A stretch of 64,000 bases of DNA from Mytilus trossulus. Taxonomy: Eukaryota. The stretch is from assembly GCF_036588685.1 (NCBI RefSeq), contig NC_086379.1:48484001-48548000 (forward strand), in the 5' to 3' direction. Position 1 is the stretch's first letter, and each line of letters begins with the position of its first letter. Positions 48,401 to 63,290 of this stretch are shown piece by piece. The position numbers were made by a program, and so were the translations under genes. The notes beneath the pieces are model-generated. The model saw only the letters and a list, made by a program, of their open reading frames with translations, made no database searches and had not been told where the DNA came from.

Positions 48401-51400
48401 ATTTACTTCAACCACTTGACTGTATAGTTTATATACTTACTTGTACATGCTTGGTTCTATTGTGATGACCTTGACATTAAACTTTTGCATTTCTCTTCTG
48501 AGACATTCTGAAAATCCTATTACACCAAACTTCGAAGCAGTGTATGCTGAGAAACCTGGCAATCCATTTCTTCCTGGAAATCAAAACAGTGTGTTTAGGG
48601 ACAGTTTAAATGTTTTTAATTGTCATTTAGATTAGCAACATGTCGAGCATCTTTGCTAGCCAATGGTTCTTCTTAAAAGGGACCAGGTCGAAATCCTTGG
48701 CTAGCGAAGATGCACTGTCAACGTATATTTGTTCCACCTAACAGAAGTTCCAGTGGAAACTTTATTATAAACAATGTCATAATACCTGTACCCGATAGAA
48801 CAAATATTCTATACTATTTATTCCGTTAGGAACATTTACTGTAATATTTATTCCTGTGGAAGTTATATTCCAGATTATTTTTTCCATTTGGACATTTCAT
48901 TATGAAGGAACTTCTATTCTGTGACAGCACCTCGAGTACCAACTGAGAAGGATCCGACAAACGAAATGCAGATAGCTTATATGATGTTTTTCTTTATGTT
49001 TGCAGTATGCAAAGTTGTCGCGTTCAACCTGATTGGCTTTTGAGTATCTGAATAATAATTCAAAATAGCTGTTCATGTCAGAGTTCATGCAAAAATGGGT
49101 CCGCTAAAGCCTTTGCTGAACGATTTGAAATTAAAAATATGACTGCATGATTGAGAATTAATAAACTAAACGTGTTAATTGCCAACCTGACTAGGCCAGT
49201 ACTGAAATTTAGGATATTAAGATAAATATTTTTATATATTTAAATCTCGTATAACATTTTCAATAACACGACAATGTTCGTTAATTAATTTGTAATATTT
49301 GAATTATTTGTTAAACGCGTGTTATATTACCAGCCAGACTTGCAACAGTGACAACACGACCTTGGGTTTTTCTGACGAGCGGTAGAAATGTTTTGGTCAC
49401 TCTGATTACACCTGTTAAATTCACGTCAATCAAGCGTTGATAGACATCTAATGGACACCATTCACATTCGACGTAAGATGCTACACCTGCATTGTTAATA
49501 ACAGCCCATAATCCTACAAAAATAGAAAAAAAATGTTTAATTCTTACAATTCTAAAATAGCAGATAAAGAACTCGTATTTCCCGTCCGTAGCGTTTATCC
49601 GCAAACATTGTGGTGCTTTTTGTTCATTGGCTTTGTCTGGCGTGTGAATATATATAAAAGTATAGCAAAGTCAACCATGTCAACCTCGTTTATCCAAAAA
49701 ATATTCACTTCGAAAAACTCTAGTCGAGGCATTCTTGAGCAATCTGTCAACGTATTTTATAATATGCATAGCATATCAGTACTATAGTAATACATATATA
49801 TATATTTGTGTTGTTCTTGCCATTCGTCTTATGACCAAAATTGTTTTGATTTCTATATGTTCTCTTGTCGAAAAGTCAGTGTTCATGATTTGATGTAGTC
49901 TGTTGTTTAATCCAATGAACTTTCAGATAACGGCGGTCTTTCGGCATGTTTGGGTTGGTTTGATTTGTTTGGGGTTTTTTTTTGGGGGGGGGAGGGGGAG
50001 CAGTCCGAAAAATATCACTCGGCTAAAAGTTTGTGTACTGACATATTTGCACGAACCTTTATCTTGAATAGTATCTTCAACAAACTTTAATGCATCTAAG
50101 ACATCTTGTTCTTTGGTTACATCTATTTGTACAGGATGCACACATTTTGAGAAGTCTTTAAGTTCGTTTGCACCCGCTCCGTTAATATCTAGACAACCAG
50201 CAAACACCTGGAATCCTAAAGTGCTCAACTGTTTGGCTATATGGTAACCAAAGCCTCTATCACATCCTTAAAGAAAGACATGATTTCCGTCACTTTGAAA
50301 ATATTATGTTTTTGTATTTTTCAGAGGCGTATCAATTAAGAGGTGGCAAAGGTGCCCGGGTCCTCCTTTTTCCTGGAAAAAATTGCTTGTTTATATATGG
50401 AATCTCTGAAGCATGAACAGAGCGGGGCCCTCTTAGGCAGTCAGTGGGCCCCCACTTATAAAAATGTCTGGATGCACCACTGTTTTCCCCACTGCCCTGT
50501 TTTCTTTTCTACAGTTATCCCCAGACCAATTCCCGCCTTGTTACTCCCTTTATCAAACATTCCTTTTGAACCTACCGTGATCTACTGTGTATCACATCTC
50601 AAGAGAGTGCCAGGGAAAACACATTTATGATATATAACCCTTGATTAATCATGAATCGACCAATATATGTTTACAGTGGTCCATTTAGGGAGCAAAGAGA
50701 GTGTATGCTCTCTAAATTGATTTGAAAATATATACATTTTAGCATAAAATCGTCCAATTTTATTTTTCTCGCTTATGAATTCATCCAAAAACACTTTAGA
50801 CCGATAAATATACATACATAAAACAGACATATAATAACAAGCATTCTGTGTGTGAATATAATCTAATGCATTGCAATACATACATGACATAGTCGGGGGG
50901 CGGGGGGGGGGGGGGGGCACTTCCTATGTAATGACTGGTAGGGATGAGCCGCTGGAATAGGTCACTATTTCATGCTTCATGATATATGAAAAGGGTGGGA
51001 AATTCAGATTGAATATATCAATAGGTTGATATTATCACTTGCTGGATATGTATTATAAGTATCTGAAACTAATTAAGTGTTCCTATTTATTTGTAATGCG
51101 GTTAAACCACAGTCGTAAATGCATCAGCTATTTGTCAAACCAATTAAACTCTATTTATTCAATGTGGTATTTCCACTGAGGTTAGATATAGATGCAATAA
51201 ATCCAATCATTTTGACATTTCCACCTCATTAACATTGAAAGGTTTGCATACATGAAACATTTGAAGAAATTCCATTGCATAGTGTCAGCGTCCTTCAACA
51301 GGGAACGACAAATCAGTTTTTAAATAAATTAAATGTAAACTCAGTAAAAGTGATACTATCTGAAGTGTTACTAACGTTACATTTATCTGATAAAACATTA

Positions 51401-52553
51401 TCTATTGTCTTTTCAAATTGAAATTTCTTCATAATTAAAGTTATAAAAGGGGCAAATAGCACTGGCAAATAGAAACTTAGTGAAGAATATATTGGAAAAG
51501 CAATGTGTGATTATTGCGACTGCGTTGCTTCTAAACAAAAACGTAAAATGAGTGGGACCTCAAAATTTGTTTAAACTCTAATGTACCAGAAGATGAAAAA
51601 TATCCAAATATATCTATAGGTCTGTTTTTTGTTCATTAATATATGACAAGGTATACATTTTAGATAAACAAAATATATGAAAAGGGTGGGGTACTTGATG
51701 TCTCAGCTGCTCACCCCTACCCAAAAAAGTTTGAAGTGGCCCCCCCCGGGGACATAGTCCTCTACCGGTTAAAAAATCATTGTAATGGAACGAAATTCTA
51801 ACTCGATCTATAACATGTCATGGTGTAAACTAGATAAAAATAAAATAACAAACAAACATACATACAACTAAATTCTTCAAACATTTTACTAAGTATATCA
51901 TAAAAAATTTAATTCTAGGTTAAGGGCTAAATAATTGAACAACATGAACAAGGAGAAAAGCTAAAATCGTGAAAATCGAAGTTGACCTGTACCTACAGTA
52001 GACCTGATAAACACGGTACACCAAATATCAAATCGATGAAGAAAAACTGATTTGCCGCGGACTGACGGATGGACAGACAGCTAGACAGACGGCCGGACAA
52101 AGTGAAAACCTAAAGTCCTTCGACTTCGTCAGAAGGAGACTACAAACACGACTTTTACAGTCAATGTAAAGAGGATCGGACCATGTCAACCAAGTTTCAA
52201 GTTAAACTTGTATTGTAAATTGTGTATACATACGGTCTCCGGTTTGAGACAAACAGAATCGAGTGACGTTTATGTCTGATGTAAGATTTGATATTCCTCC
52301 AAAGCTCGTGACCGGTTTCAAATGTAAATTCTCAGTGTAAATTGCCTTTTAAGTTAAACCACGGGGTCAAGAAATAGTACCACAACATTGATTTTAAAAA
52401 TAGCATACCTGTTATAAATACTGATTTGCCATTTACTTTGATTTTCCTGTTTCGTCTGAGTTTGTAAACAAATATAAGAAGACTAACGAAAAGTATGAAA
52501 ATAAGAATCACTCCATAAACACAAATATGCATAGCATTAGCGCAGTCAGTCAT
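36603..52553 (-). CDS. Short-chain dehydrogenase/reductase, BDH1/RDH/HSD17B6-like (5 exons, 342 aa, N-terminal membrane anchor)
   Basis: Exons 52553-52409, 50266-50057, 49513-49331, 48573-48441 and 36960-36603 splice in frame. Motifs: VFITGCDRGFG (TGxxxGxG), LWAVINNAG, GRVVTVAS, YTASK (YxxxK), LRREM..VITIEP, YPDTRY. Confidence 0.9.
37106..47940 (-). mobile_element. MULE/Mutator-like transposon relic interrupted by the 10-kb array
   Basis: GATAACCG(G/T) duplicated at 37097 and 47941; degenerate GG..TTTG(T)CGCCAA TIRs; transposase-like FADYVLATY..RRTSNRAKVFHGE|ELFYAFHPSMFVFLD continues across the array. Confidence 0.65.
37446..47469 (+). repeat. Five tandem ~2-kb non-autonomous Helentron-like units
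   Basis: Units start ACTAGTATCTCAATTG at 37446, 39429, 41403, 43376 and 45398. A 3' hairpin TAAGGTCTTTCC..GGAAAGACCTTA follows units 4 and 5; AAGGTCTTTC also occurs near each 5' end. Confidence 0.9.
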
Positions 52554-53258
52554 AAAATATCATCGCTTCACATGGTAGTTTTAATATTCATAACTTGTCA
52601 TTGTAGGCGTAACTAGAAAGACCGAGTAGTTACGATTGTTAATTGATTAATCTTTTGGTAAAAAGTCATCCATTGATTGACCAATCAGAATCATTTCAGA
52701 AAGTCATGTTTTATCTTGTTCTACTATTTGGTTTTCCGATAGACCTGTGACGGATATTTTTTTCATCACGGAAACCGACTTTTTATTTAGTTTTTTATCA
52801 GACGAGTGCGCTCCCCTTGAAAATGGCATCTCCTTCTCCAGATCCAACATTTACAAAAGAAGAAATAAAAAGGAACTTATTCAAATCACCAAATGTCGAA
52901 GCAGACAGAATGACAGGTTAATATATTATCCACATCATGGACTTTAACTAATTATACGTCCGGTATCTCGAATGACCGAATAACAGTGTAAATTGATTCC
53001 TTCATTCATCACCTGATCACTGTTCATAAAAAAACTTTTTAATTTTGGTGTAACTTGTTTCGGTCTTCCAATGGAGAGAAACAAGTGCCTGTGGTACAAA
53101 CACAGGAAATCGTAAGTTCTATAAATAAAATTCTGTCAATAATAAAGTCGACTATCAATAGAGCTTTTCTTAGAATTTACCGAATTTTATTTATAGATCT
53201 TCCGATTCCTGTGGTATATTTTTTACAACAAAAACTGAACAAATAAATAAGAAATATT

Positions 53259-55562
53259 GGGTTTCACTAATTAGCGACAAGAAGCGACATGAAGAACAAT
53301 TTTAGCGACAGGAGAACTTTTTTTTTATTAAATATAAAAAGCATTTTAATATCATGTTTATCATGTTTATTTATCTTTTTAAATATACGGGCAGAAATTT
53401 TTTTTTTTTTTTTTTTTTATATTGATAGATGAAGAACATTAAATTAGATTAACGAGGCATGTGTCCATTTTATTTTTGCTACAATCACATCCAATTAACA
53501 TTTTTAACTTTTTACAATTACAGACACGTGACAGAGTTGTCAAGCCATAACTGCATGGAGATTTGGAAATTTTCAGCTGGAGTTTTGGTCTCATATAACT
53601 CAAACTGGAATTTTTTATCGACCCTTTTTTCGTCTTGCGCAACGTTTTTTTGTGTGTGTTGAAACTGCATATCATTGAATTACATGCGCGAGAATATACA
53701 ATCATTGTAAATAGTGTAGTCCCAATGAACATCTGTTAAAAACTCAAGATCGTAATTAATTTCCTTTAATCTTCAATCAATATGCATAAATATGATAAAT
53801 ATCGTTAAATCTGGTAATACACAAAAGAAAATGACATGAATGATAAAACATTCACATTTCAATTTTGTTTTCCTCTTCTTTGACTTTCATTTTGTAAGTT
53901 TATTATATATTGTAGGAAAGGAAAAGAGTTTTAAAGAAACAAATTATAAGATACATGTAAATATATTATTATTCTAAAACACAAGTAAAAGCGAGCGTAA
54001 AAGTCAGGGCTATCCATTGAATCGGGTAGCCGGCTGAAATCCACCGCTTACAGTGGCTTCAAGTGCCGTCTACTTCATTGACAAAAATATAAATTCAAAA
54101 AGAAAAAAAAATCTTTTTCAAATGTTTACAGGCAGCCGAGAGACATGTATTGTCACAAAGTCGAGGTCACGATAAGCAAGGATGAAAAGTCAGTGTTTAC
54201 CTTGGCCTAAATATAGTTCACATGAATTCAGGTCACTGATTGGTTGTCTTTTTAAAGTCAGACTGCATTGTTTCCTTTCAAAGATAACAAGAGAGACATA
54301 TCGGTGGTCATTGAACAATAACAATAGAGACGGAAGTTTTTAAAACGTGAAGACAATCAGATAGGACGACAATTTAATTATGTTATGTAATAGTATAAGT
54401 CAAATTAAAGAAAGCGTAGTAGATAATATTGTTCAGAATCTGGAAAACAGTATCTTTTGAAGTTCATTTTTCAAAGCCCATGTGTTATCAGCGAATCAAG
54501 GTCAAAACATAAAGTAGAATATTGTCGACTCGACATCAAATAACTAACATTTCCAAATGATTTACGTATCTGATTTATTGAACAGTTTACAAAAAATATA
54601 TCAATTTTCTTTCAATGCTTGAGAAATAATTGTATGATTTAACGACGCATACTACTCTTTAGAGAGAAAAGGGGGGTCATTTGTTTGCAAATGCACGTAG
54701 TTATGCAAAAATAAATTGATCAAGATTTCTAACAAACCGGATGATTATTTAAATAAAACTCCTTTAAAAGTAAATGAATTTTAAGCATAAGGTAATGAAA
54801 ATATAAAAACAAACATAAAAAAAATGAAATTTCTTTTGAGTTTTTTTTTCTTTCTTTAATTTCATACATAAAAAATGGTCATTTGAAAGATGAAATTAGG
54901 TGCCAGGAGATTGCCAGAATGCAGGATTTTGCTCTATTTATGCCAGAGCTTCTCATGTTCTCGGGGCCTTCAGCAACTCTCAGAGTCAGACCCCCTGCTG
55001 TAAGACACCAACGGAGGGTTGAGATCTCACAAACATGTTTAACCCCGCCGCATTTTTGGGCCTGTCCCAAGTCAGGAGCCTCTGGCCTTTGTTAGTCCTA
55101 TATTATTTTAATTTTAGTTTCTTGTGTACAATTTGGAAATTAGTATGGCGTCCATTATCACTGAACTAGTATATATTTGTTTAGGGGCCAGCTGAAGGAC
55201 GGGAATTTCTCGCTACATTGAAGACCTGTTTGTGACCTTCTGCTGTTGTTTTTTATTTGGTCGGGTTGTTGTCTCTTTGACACATTCCCCATTTCCATTC
55301 TCAATTTTATGTTACAGCGCCTTTAAATTTAATTGAGCCTTCTACTTCAATTTCAATGGAAAGCCCTGAAAAGTAATATCATAATACCACAGGGTAAGCG
55401 TAAAACATAATAAATAATAAAAAAAAAAATTCTTATGCATACATGTATTCTTTTTATATTTATTTGGAATAAGTAACTTTAAGCAAAAAAAATGTTTTCT
55501 TGTCACTAAAATTATTCTTCTCAAAGGTTCTATACGTTTTTTGTCGCTAATTAGTGAGACCG
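53259..55562. mobile_element. 2.3-kb non-autonomous DNA transposon with 8-bp TSD
   Basis: TIR GGGTTTCACTAATTAGCGACAA / TTGTCGCTAATTAGTGAGACCG; GAAATATT at 53251-53258 and 55563-55570. Confidence 0.75.
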
Positions 55563-56787
55563 GAAATATTAAAGTGTACCTGTGGTATATTTTTTATACA
55601 CAATAAAAACGAACAAATAAATTAGAAATATTTAAGTGTTATGAACTATGATGCAGGATAAAAAAAATGAATGAATCATTAATTTTATATCCTTTTATTT
55701 TCAGATAGCAGTTCAGCCTTGTCTTTAATGAATAGGTTACAGATAGATTATGAAATTGAAATGAGTAGAAAATTAATGCAAAAAGGTATATATACATGTA
55801 AATAGTTTTCGCTATTAAAGCATCCAAAAATGTAGGTTCAAATGTACTTATTAAAATATCTGACTTTTTTTAACTGATAAATTATCATGATGAGATGTAT
55901 CATCAACAAAATAATATTAAAAAACAATATATTCATGTACATGTTGATATTCTTGTTGAGCAAAGAGATTTTTTATTCATTTAAAATTGAGATCTCAAAG
56001 AAAGGTTTAGAGCTTGACTTGTTGTTCATGTTGTTGGTTACTGTATATCATATTAAGTTTATTGTTTTGTAAATAATTACCTATGTATGTTTATCCTTGT
56101 TTAACATTTGTCTAGTGAGTACATTGCACATATAGTTGAATTGTATATGGTCAGCTATTTTTTTATAGTCTGTACATACAGTGACTTATACATGTTATAG
56201 TACTGTGGATTCATTTTCATTGTCACCAATTTTCGTGGATGAAGGAAAACTTGCATGTTCGTGGCCATGTAATTTCATGGTTGTGCCAAAGTTTTTATAC
56301 ATGCTAGAAAATTTGTAATTCGTTTAACCTTTAATTTTGTGGTTCACCTATACCCAGGCAATCCATGAAAATTGTATCCAACAAATATAAATTAATCCAT
56401 CCTAGTTGTAAACTCCTACATCAATTCAATACCACTATAAAACTGCACCCAGTGGAGCACCTGGTTAAGTTTAGACCAAGCAATGAAACATATATTGCTA
56501 ATCGGATAAAAACAAATCTGATTTTTTTTCAGACGACATGCATGAGCAGAGACTGAAACAATTACGACAGAAGTTGAAAAATCTAAGTGATGATGATTGG
56601 ATGTACCCATCGGTGGAAAAATTGCTGGGACTAAGTTAATCACAAAAAGTTATAATTTATAAAAAAAATACGGAACAAGCACAAAATGATCCGAGACCAA
56701 TTAGTTGGTAAATGGAACTGATATAAAAGGTGTCAGATTGTGATCTATAAATACATGATAAAAACAGTGTAACTGCAGATTCCACAA

Positions 56788-57336
56788 AGGAGAAAGGTCC
56801 AGTAAGGACCAATTTGGCCTCAAATTTCAGGTTCATCTGACAAAAGATTTTGACCACTTTTTAAACACTTAATTGTCTATTTCATTTGAATCAATTAGTT
56901 TATGTGAAAGAGTTTAACCGATATACATGAAGTCATAAAAAAACGATCCGATTCAAGGTCAAATATGAAAAATCTACCAAATATGATGAAAAATGTCACT
57001 TTTCAGATGGTTTTTGGTAAAAATGAAATTAGCCTCATCCATGTTCATCCTCAACATTTATATGTTTATATATGTTCTGTATTATCATTAAATACAACTT
57101 ACATTTCAATATTAAGGATGAACATGAATGCACTTTCATTTTACATGAAAATCGTCTAAAATTTAACTAAAATGCTAGAATTGTGAAGATTTCAGTAACT
57201 TAGCATGACTTAATGGTGCTAGTACTTGATATACATGTATGTACATAGTATTGTCAAAAACAGCCCATATGTATGTAAATTTTGTAAAACTGCTATATTT
57301 TGGGGCCAAAAAGGGGTCTTAATAGACATACTCTCT
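56788..57336. mobile_element. Old MITE with degenerate TIRs
   Basis: AGGAGAAAGGTCCAGTAAGGACC..TTGGCCTCAAA vs TTTTGGGGCCAAAAAGGGGTCTTAATAGACATACTCTCT. Confidence 0.4.
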
Positions 57337-58364
57337 TATTTGTATGGTGGAGAACTTGTTGTAGGACATGTGAATTAACATGTGTATCTATGTTTTATCA
57401 TAACAAATCTTAAAAAAACAGATTTACCTAAATATCTTATTTTTATGTATAAAAATTTCTATAAATTTGTCTTGGTCTATTTTTTTCACAATTTCAGTGA
57501 TTGACTTATGTATTTGAGTGTTTCTGTAGTATATTTTGACTCTTTTATCTGACCCTTTTAATATTTCAACTTTCAGTATGAAAGTAATGAAGAATGCATT
57601 AGATACATGTGTCACATCAGTTTATGAATAAAAGCTTATATCAACTATAACAAATAACTGGAGATGGGGGATAAACATCAATGAAACAGAAACCCCACTA
57701 AAAAAATAAGCAAAAGATGACTACAACAATAGACAAGTACAACAAAAATGTATCTATATATATTCAATTTTCAATCATCCAATTTTATGCAACTGCAAAA
57801 AAAAAAAAATATTTGGTCATATATTGGTAATTAGGCCAGGTATCATGTATATAGTCATCAGCGTTGTGCAAAGACGCTTAGTTTCCCAACAATTGCTTTA
57901 GTTTAAGTGAATGGATTATAACACTAATCTCGGAGTTTAGAACATATTTAATTATCATTATTCAATGTATTTTTGCATTACACAATAATAAGGGGCCAAT
58001 AACAATACTTGTATAAATTGCTTATTTCTTGAACAATTTCAATGGGGTTTTATTCTTGAATTCTTTGGGTTCTGAATCTTACCATGAATTAAGATTTTGG
58101 AATTTGGGTCCCGTCTTTAAATTGGTCCACATGAGGCCCAAAGGATCCAGCTTAAACTTTGTTTGATGTCATCAAAAAATGAATTATTGATGTTCTTTGA
58201 TATGCCAAATCTAACTGTGTATTTAGATTTTTTTATATAGGGTCCTGCTTTCAAATGGGTCTACATTAAGGTCCAAAGGGTCAAAAATTAAACTTGGTTT
58301 GATTTTAACAAAAATTGAATTCTTTGGGTTCATTGAAATGCTGAATCTTAAGCATGTATTTAGA

Positions 58365-58915
58365 TTTTAACTGGATTTTTGTGACAAAAATGTAGATTAT
58401 TGATTTTGGGATGTAAGGCGGGCAGATGGCAGCCAAATGTTATTTGTGAATTAACTCATGAGCTGTTCAACCATAGCTTTTAAAATTTTAATATGTTGTT
58501 ACTGACAAAAAATTGGAGGTCAAGTTATATAATGACTATTTTTACTTTTACCATATAGGAGTTATGGTTCTTGAAAGATTGAAAAATATCGTTTCCAGGC
58601 CTGTCTGTGCATTAACTCATGAACTGTTCAACAAAAGTTTTTAAAATTTTAATATGTTACTGACAACAAAATGGAGGTCAAGTTTAAAAATGATGATTTT
58701 AACTTTTATCATTAGGAGTTATGGTTCTTGAAAGATTGAAAAATGGCGTTTCGAGGACTATCTGTGCATTTACTCATGAAATGCTCAACCAAAGCTTTTA
58801 AAATTTTAGTATGTTGTTACCGACAACAAAATGGAGGTCAAGTTCAAAAATGACGATTTTGACTTGTACCCTTGAGGAGTTATGGTTCTTGAAAGTTTGA
58901 AAAATGGTGTTTCAA
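58365..58915 (-). mobile_element. Truncated reversed copy of the ~160-bp-repeat HINE-like element
   Basis: About 3 units, reverse-complementary to 16480-17630. Confidence 0.7.
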
Positions 58916-59046
58916 GTCTACATCTACATTCTACGTTGATCTGTCAAACTTGACCAATACTCAACGCTTCTGGTGGGCGCAAGAAAAAGAGTAATTTGTA
59001 AGATAACCAAAGAATATACAAGCGAGTATAAATTAAGTATAAAAAA

Positions 59047-60313
59047 AGTAGAGGCTCTAAAGAGCCTGTGTCGCTCACCTTGGTCTATGTGAATATTAAA
59101 CAAAGGAAGCAGATGGATTCATGAAAAAATTGTGTTTTGGTGGTGTTGATGTTTTTGTACATCTTACTTTACTAAACAGTCTTGCTGCTTACAATTATCT
59201 CTATCTATAATGAACTTGACCCAGTAGTTTCAGTGGAAAATGTTAATAAAAATTTACAAATTTTATGAAAATTGTTAAAAATTGACTATAAAGGACAATA
59301 ACTCTTTAGGGGGTCAATTGACCATTTCAGTCATGTTGACTTGTTTGTAAATCTTACTTTGCTGAACATTATTGCTGTTTACAGTTTATCTTTATCTATA
59401 ATAATATTTAAGATAATAACCAAAATCGGCAAAATTTCTTAAAATTACCGATTCAGGGGTAGCAACCCAACAACCGGTTGTCTGATTCATCTGAAAGTTT
59501 CCGGGAAGATAGATCTTGACCTAATTAACAATTGTATACCGAGTCAGATTTGCTCTAAATGCTTTGGTTTTTGAGTTATAAGCCAAAATCTACATTTAAC
59601 CCCTATGTTCTATTTTTAGCTGTGGCGGCCATCTTGATATGATGGCCAGGTCATCGGACTCATTTTTTAAAGTAGATACCCCAATGATGATTGTGGCCAA
59701 GTTTGGATTAATTTGGCCCTGTAGTTTCAAAGGAGAAGATTTTTGTATAAGATAACAAAGATTTACGAAAAATGGTTAAAAATTGACTATAAAGGGCAAT
59801 AACTCCTAAAGGGGTCAACTGACCATTTTGGTTATGTTGACTTATTTGTAAATCTTACTTTGCTGAACATTAATGCTTTTTACAGTTTATCTCTTTCTAT
59901 AATGATATTCAAGATAATAACCAAAAACAGCAAAATTCCCTTAAAATTACCAATCAGAGGCAGCAACCCAACAACGGGTTGTCTGATTCGTCTGAAAGTT
60001 TCAGGGCAGATAGATCTTGGCCTGATAAACAATTTCAACATGTCAGATTTGCTCTAACTGCTTTGCTTTTTGGTTTATAGGCCAAAAACTGTATTTTACC
60101 CTTATGTTCTATTTTTAGCCATGGCGGTCATCTTGGTTGGTTGGCCAGGTCACCGGACACATTTTTTAAACTAGATACCCCAATGATGATTGTGGCCAAG
60201 TGTGAATTAATTTGGCCCAGTAGTTTCAGAGGAGAAGATTTTGAAAAAGTTAACGACGCCGGACGCCAAGTGATGCGAAAAGCTCACTTGGCCCTTTGGG
60301 CCAGGTGAGCTAA
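59047..60313 (+). mobile_element. Non-autonomous Helentron/HINE-like element with ~500-bp internal repeat
   Basis: 5' AGGCTCTAAAGAGCCT hairpin + GCTCACC; 3' AGCTCACTTGGCCC-TTT-GGGCCAGGTGAGCT hairpin. Confidence 0.75.
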
Positions 60314-60489
60314 TAAAAATAATAAAACAATGTATAATAAGGGGGGGTTCCCATTTGCTTTTCGTTCATCTGATCTGAACCAATCCGGCTTCCGTGGCGG
60401 AACTAGGGAAAATAATCTCCGCCGGCACAGCTCCAGTCCATCATTTAACTTACTTGGCAAATGGGGGACTGCACAGATTAGATAGCAAT

Positions 60490-63290
60490 GGTCGAAAGCT
60501 CCCTCTTGAAAGATACCAAGGATGGAGCCTCAGGTATAGTTGCTGGTAGTGAGTTCAAAACTGTCACTGTTCTTGGGGAAAAACTGTATTTGTAGCCCTA
60601 AGTCTTGGTTAAATATTACCGGAACTGTTTGGTATGTGATGATATTGTTCTCGATAACATTGGTGTTAAGTATGTGTCGCATGGTATTTCAACATAATCA
60701 TTAACCACTTTGTAGAGTAATGTAAGGCAGCAACTATTTGATTTTCTGGAGGGGGGGGGGGGCTATGGATTTGTTTTCGCCTTCGATGAAAAACAATCTA
60801 TTTTTTTTGGCGACAAGTCGAAAACAATTTTTTTATTTCAATTTTAGCATGACATATAGTGCCAGCTGAGATTGAAATAGACAAATTGTCTTTCTCAGGC
60901 TCAAGAACAATTTTTTTTTTCAAAAATCCATAGCCGCCATGGCTAAAAATAGAACATAGGGGTAAAATGCAGTTTTTTGCTGATAACTCAAAACCCGTAT
61001 TTAGAGCAAATCTGACGGAGTAAAATTATTTATCAGGTCAAGATCTATCTGCCCTGAAATTTTCAGGTGAATCCAACAACCCGTTGTTGGGTTGATGCTC
61101 CTGAATTGGTAATTTTAAGGAAATGTTGCTGTTTTTGGTTATTATCTTGAATATTATTATAGATAGAGATAAACTGTAAACAGCAATAATGATCAGGAAA
61201 GTAAGATTTACAAATAAGTCAACATGACCAAAATGGTCAGTTGACCCCTTTAGGAGTTATTGCCCTTTATAGTCAATTTTTAACCATTTTTCGAAAATCT
61301 TAGAAATTCATTTTCAAAAATCTTCTCCTCTGAAACTACTGAGCTAAATTAATCCAAACTTGGCCAAAATCATCTTTGGGGTATCTAGTTTAAAAAAATG
61401 TGTGGCGTGACCCGGCCAACCAACCAAGATGGCCGCCATGGCTAAAAAAAGAACATAGGGGAAAAATACAGTTTTTGGCTTACAACTCAAAAACCAAAGC
61501 ATTTAGAGCAAATCTGACTCAGGTGAATTTGTGTATCAGGTCAAGATCTATCTGCCCTGAAATTTTCAGGTGTATCCGACAACCAGTTGTTGGGTTGCTA
61601 CCCCTGAATTGGTAATTTTAAGGAAATTTTGCTGTTTTTGGTTATTATCTTGAATATTATTATAGATAGAGATAAACTGTAAACAGCAATAATGATCAGG
61701 AAAGTAAGATTTACAAATAAGTCAACATGACCAAAATGGTCAGTTGACCCCTTTAGGAGTTATTGCCCTTTATAGTCAATTTTTAACCATTTTTCGAAAA
61801 TCTTAGAAATTCATTTTCAAAAATCTTCTCCTCTGAAACTACTGAGCTAAATTAATCCAAACTTGGCCAAAATCATCTTTGGGGTATCTAGTTTAAAAAA
61901 AGGTGTGGCGTGACCCGGCCAACCAACCAAGATGGCCGCCATGGCTAAAAAAAGAACATAGGGGAAAAATACAGTTTTTGGCTTACAACTCAAAAACCAA
62001 AGCATTTAGAGCAAATCTGACTCAGGTGAATTTGTGTATCAGGTCAAGATCTATCTGCCCTGAAATTTTCAGGTGTATCCGACAACCAGTTGTTGGGTTG
62101 CTACCCCTGAATTGGTAATTTTAAGGAAATTTTGCTGTTTTTGGTTATTATCTTGAATATTATTATAGATAGAGATAAACTGTAAACAGCAATAATGTTC
62201 AGCAAAGTAAGATTTACAAATAAGTCAGCATTTTGGTCAGTTGACCCCTTAAGGAGTTATTGCCCTTTATAGTCAATTTTTAACTATTTTTCGTAAATCT
62301 TAGGAATTTTTTACAAAAAACTTCTCCTCTGAATCTACTGAGCTAATTTAATCCAAACTTGGCCACAATCATCTTTGGAAAAATGTGTGGCGTGACCCAG
62401 CGAACCAACCAAGATGGCCGCCATGGCTAAAAAAAAGAACATTGGGGGTAAAATGCAGTTTTTGGCTTACAACTCAAAAACCAAAGCATTTAGAGCAAAT
62501 CTGACGCTTTATAATTGTTTATCAGGTGAAGATCTATTTGCCCTGAAATTTTCAGATGGCTCGGACAACCTGTTGTTAGGTTGCTGCCCCCGAATTGGTT
62601 ATTTTAAGGAAATTTTGCCGTTTGTTGTTATTTAATCTTGAATATTCTTATAGATAGAGATAAACTATAAACAGCTATACTGTTCAGCAAAGTAAGACCT
62701 AAAATAAGTCAACATGACCAAAATAGTCAATTGACCCCCTAAGGAGTTATTGTCCTTTATAGTCAATTTATAACAATTTTCATAAAATTTGTAAATTTAT
62801 ACTAACATTTTCCACTGAAACTACTTGGCCAAGTTCATTATAGATAGAAATAATTGTAAGCAGCAAGAATGTTCAGTAAAGTAAGATGTACAAACACATC
62901 ACCATCACCAAAACACATTTATGTCATGAATCCATCTAATATTATAATAACATTAATATTCACATAGATCAAGGTGAGCGACACAGGCTCTTTTGAGCCT
63001 CTAGTTTTGTTACTCTATTGATGTGTTGTTTCCAGGAAAGGTCTGATTCAATGTCGACTCCAAGGCATTTGGTACTTTTCTTCTTTTTTTTTTTATCTTT
63101 CGAGCACTTGTCCCTTAAGCGTGTATGAGTGTATTATTGGTGAACGTGATCTAGTGGTAGATTGTACACTGCACTTCTGTGGGTGGAAGTCCATGCCCCA
63201 GGTTTTTTCCCATTCTACAAGTTTGTACAGATCTTCTTGTAGTACATTAGTATCAGCAGTAGATGTTATCTTCTGTATACTATACAATCG
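60490..63290 (-). pseudogene. Non-LTR (CR1/L2/Jockey-like) RT C-terminal relic in two pieces (63007-63290 and ~60490-60720)
   Basis: LQEDLYKLVEWEKTWGMDFHPQKC..LGVDI..DLSW..HI; downstream LYKVVN..YKYSFSPRT..NSLP..SFK. Confidence 0.7.
60932..63006 (-). mobile_element. Second copy of the same family, opposite strand, ~4 tandem 503-bp units, 3' end missing
   Basis: Ends GGTGAGCGACACAGGCTCTTTTGAGCCTCTAGTT; identical 71-aa ORFs at 61400 and 61903 mark the 503-bp period. Confidence 0.8.

Noticed and set aside
61400-62635. Identical 71-aa ORFs as a gene family
   Set aside because: They lie in 503-bp tandem units of a non-coding repeat.
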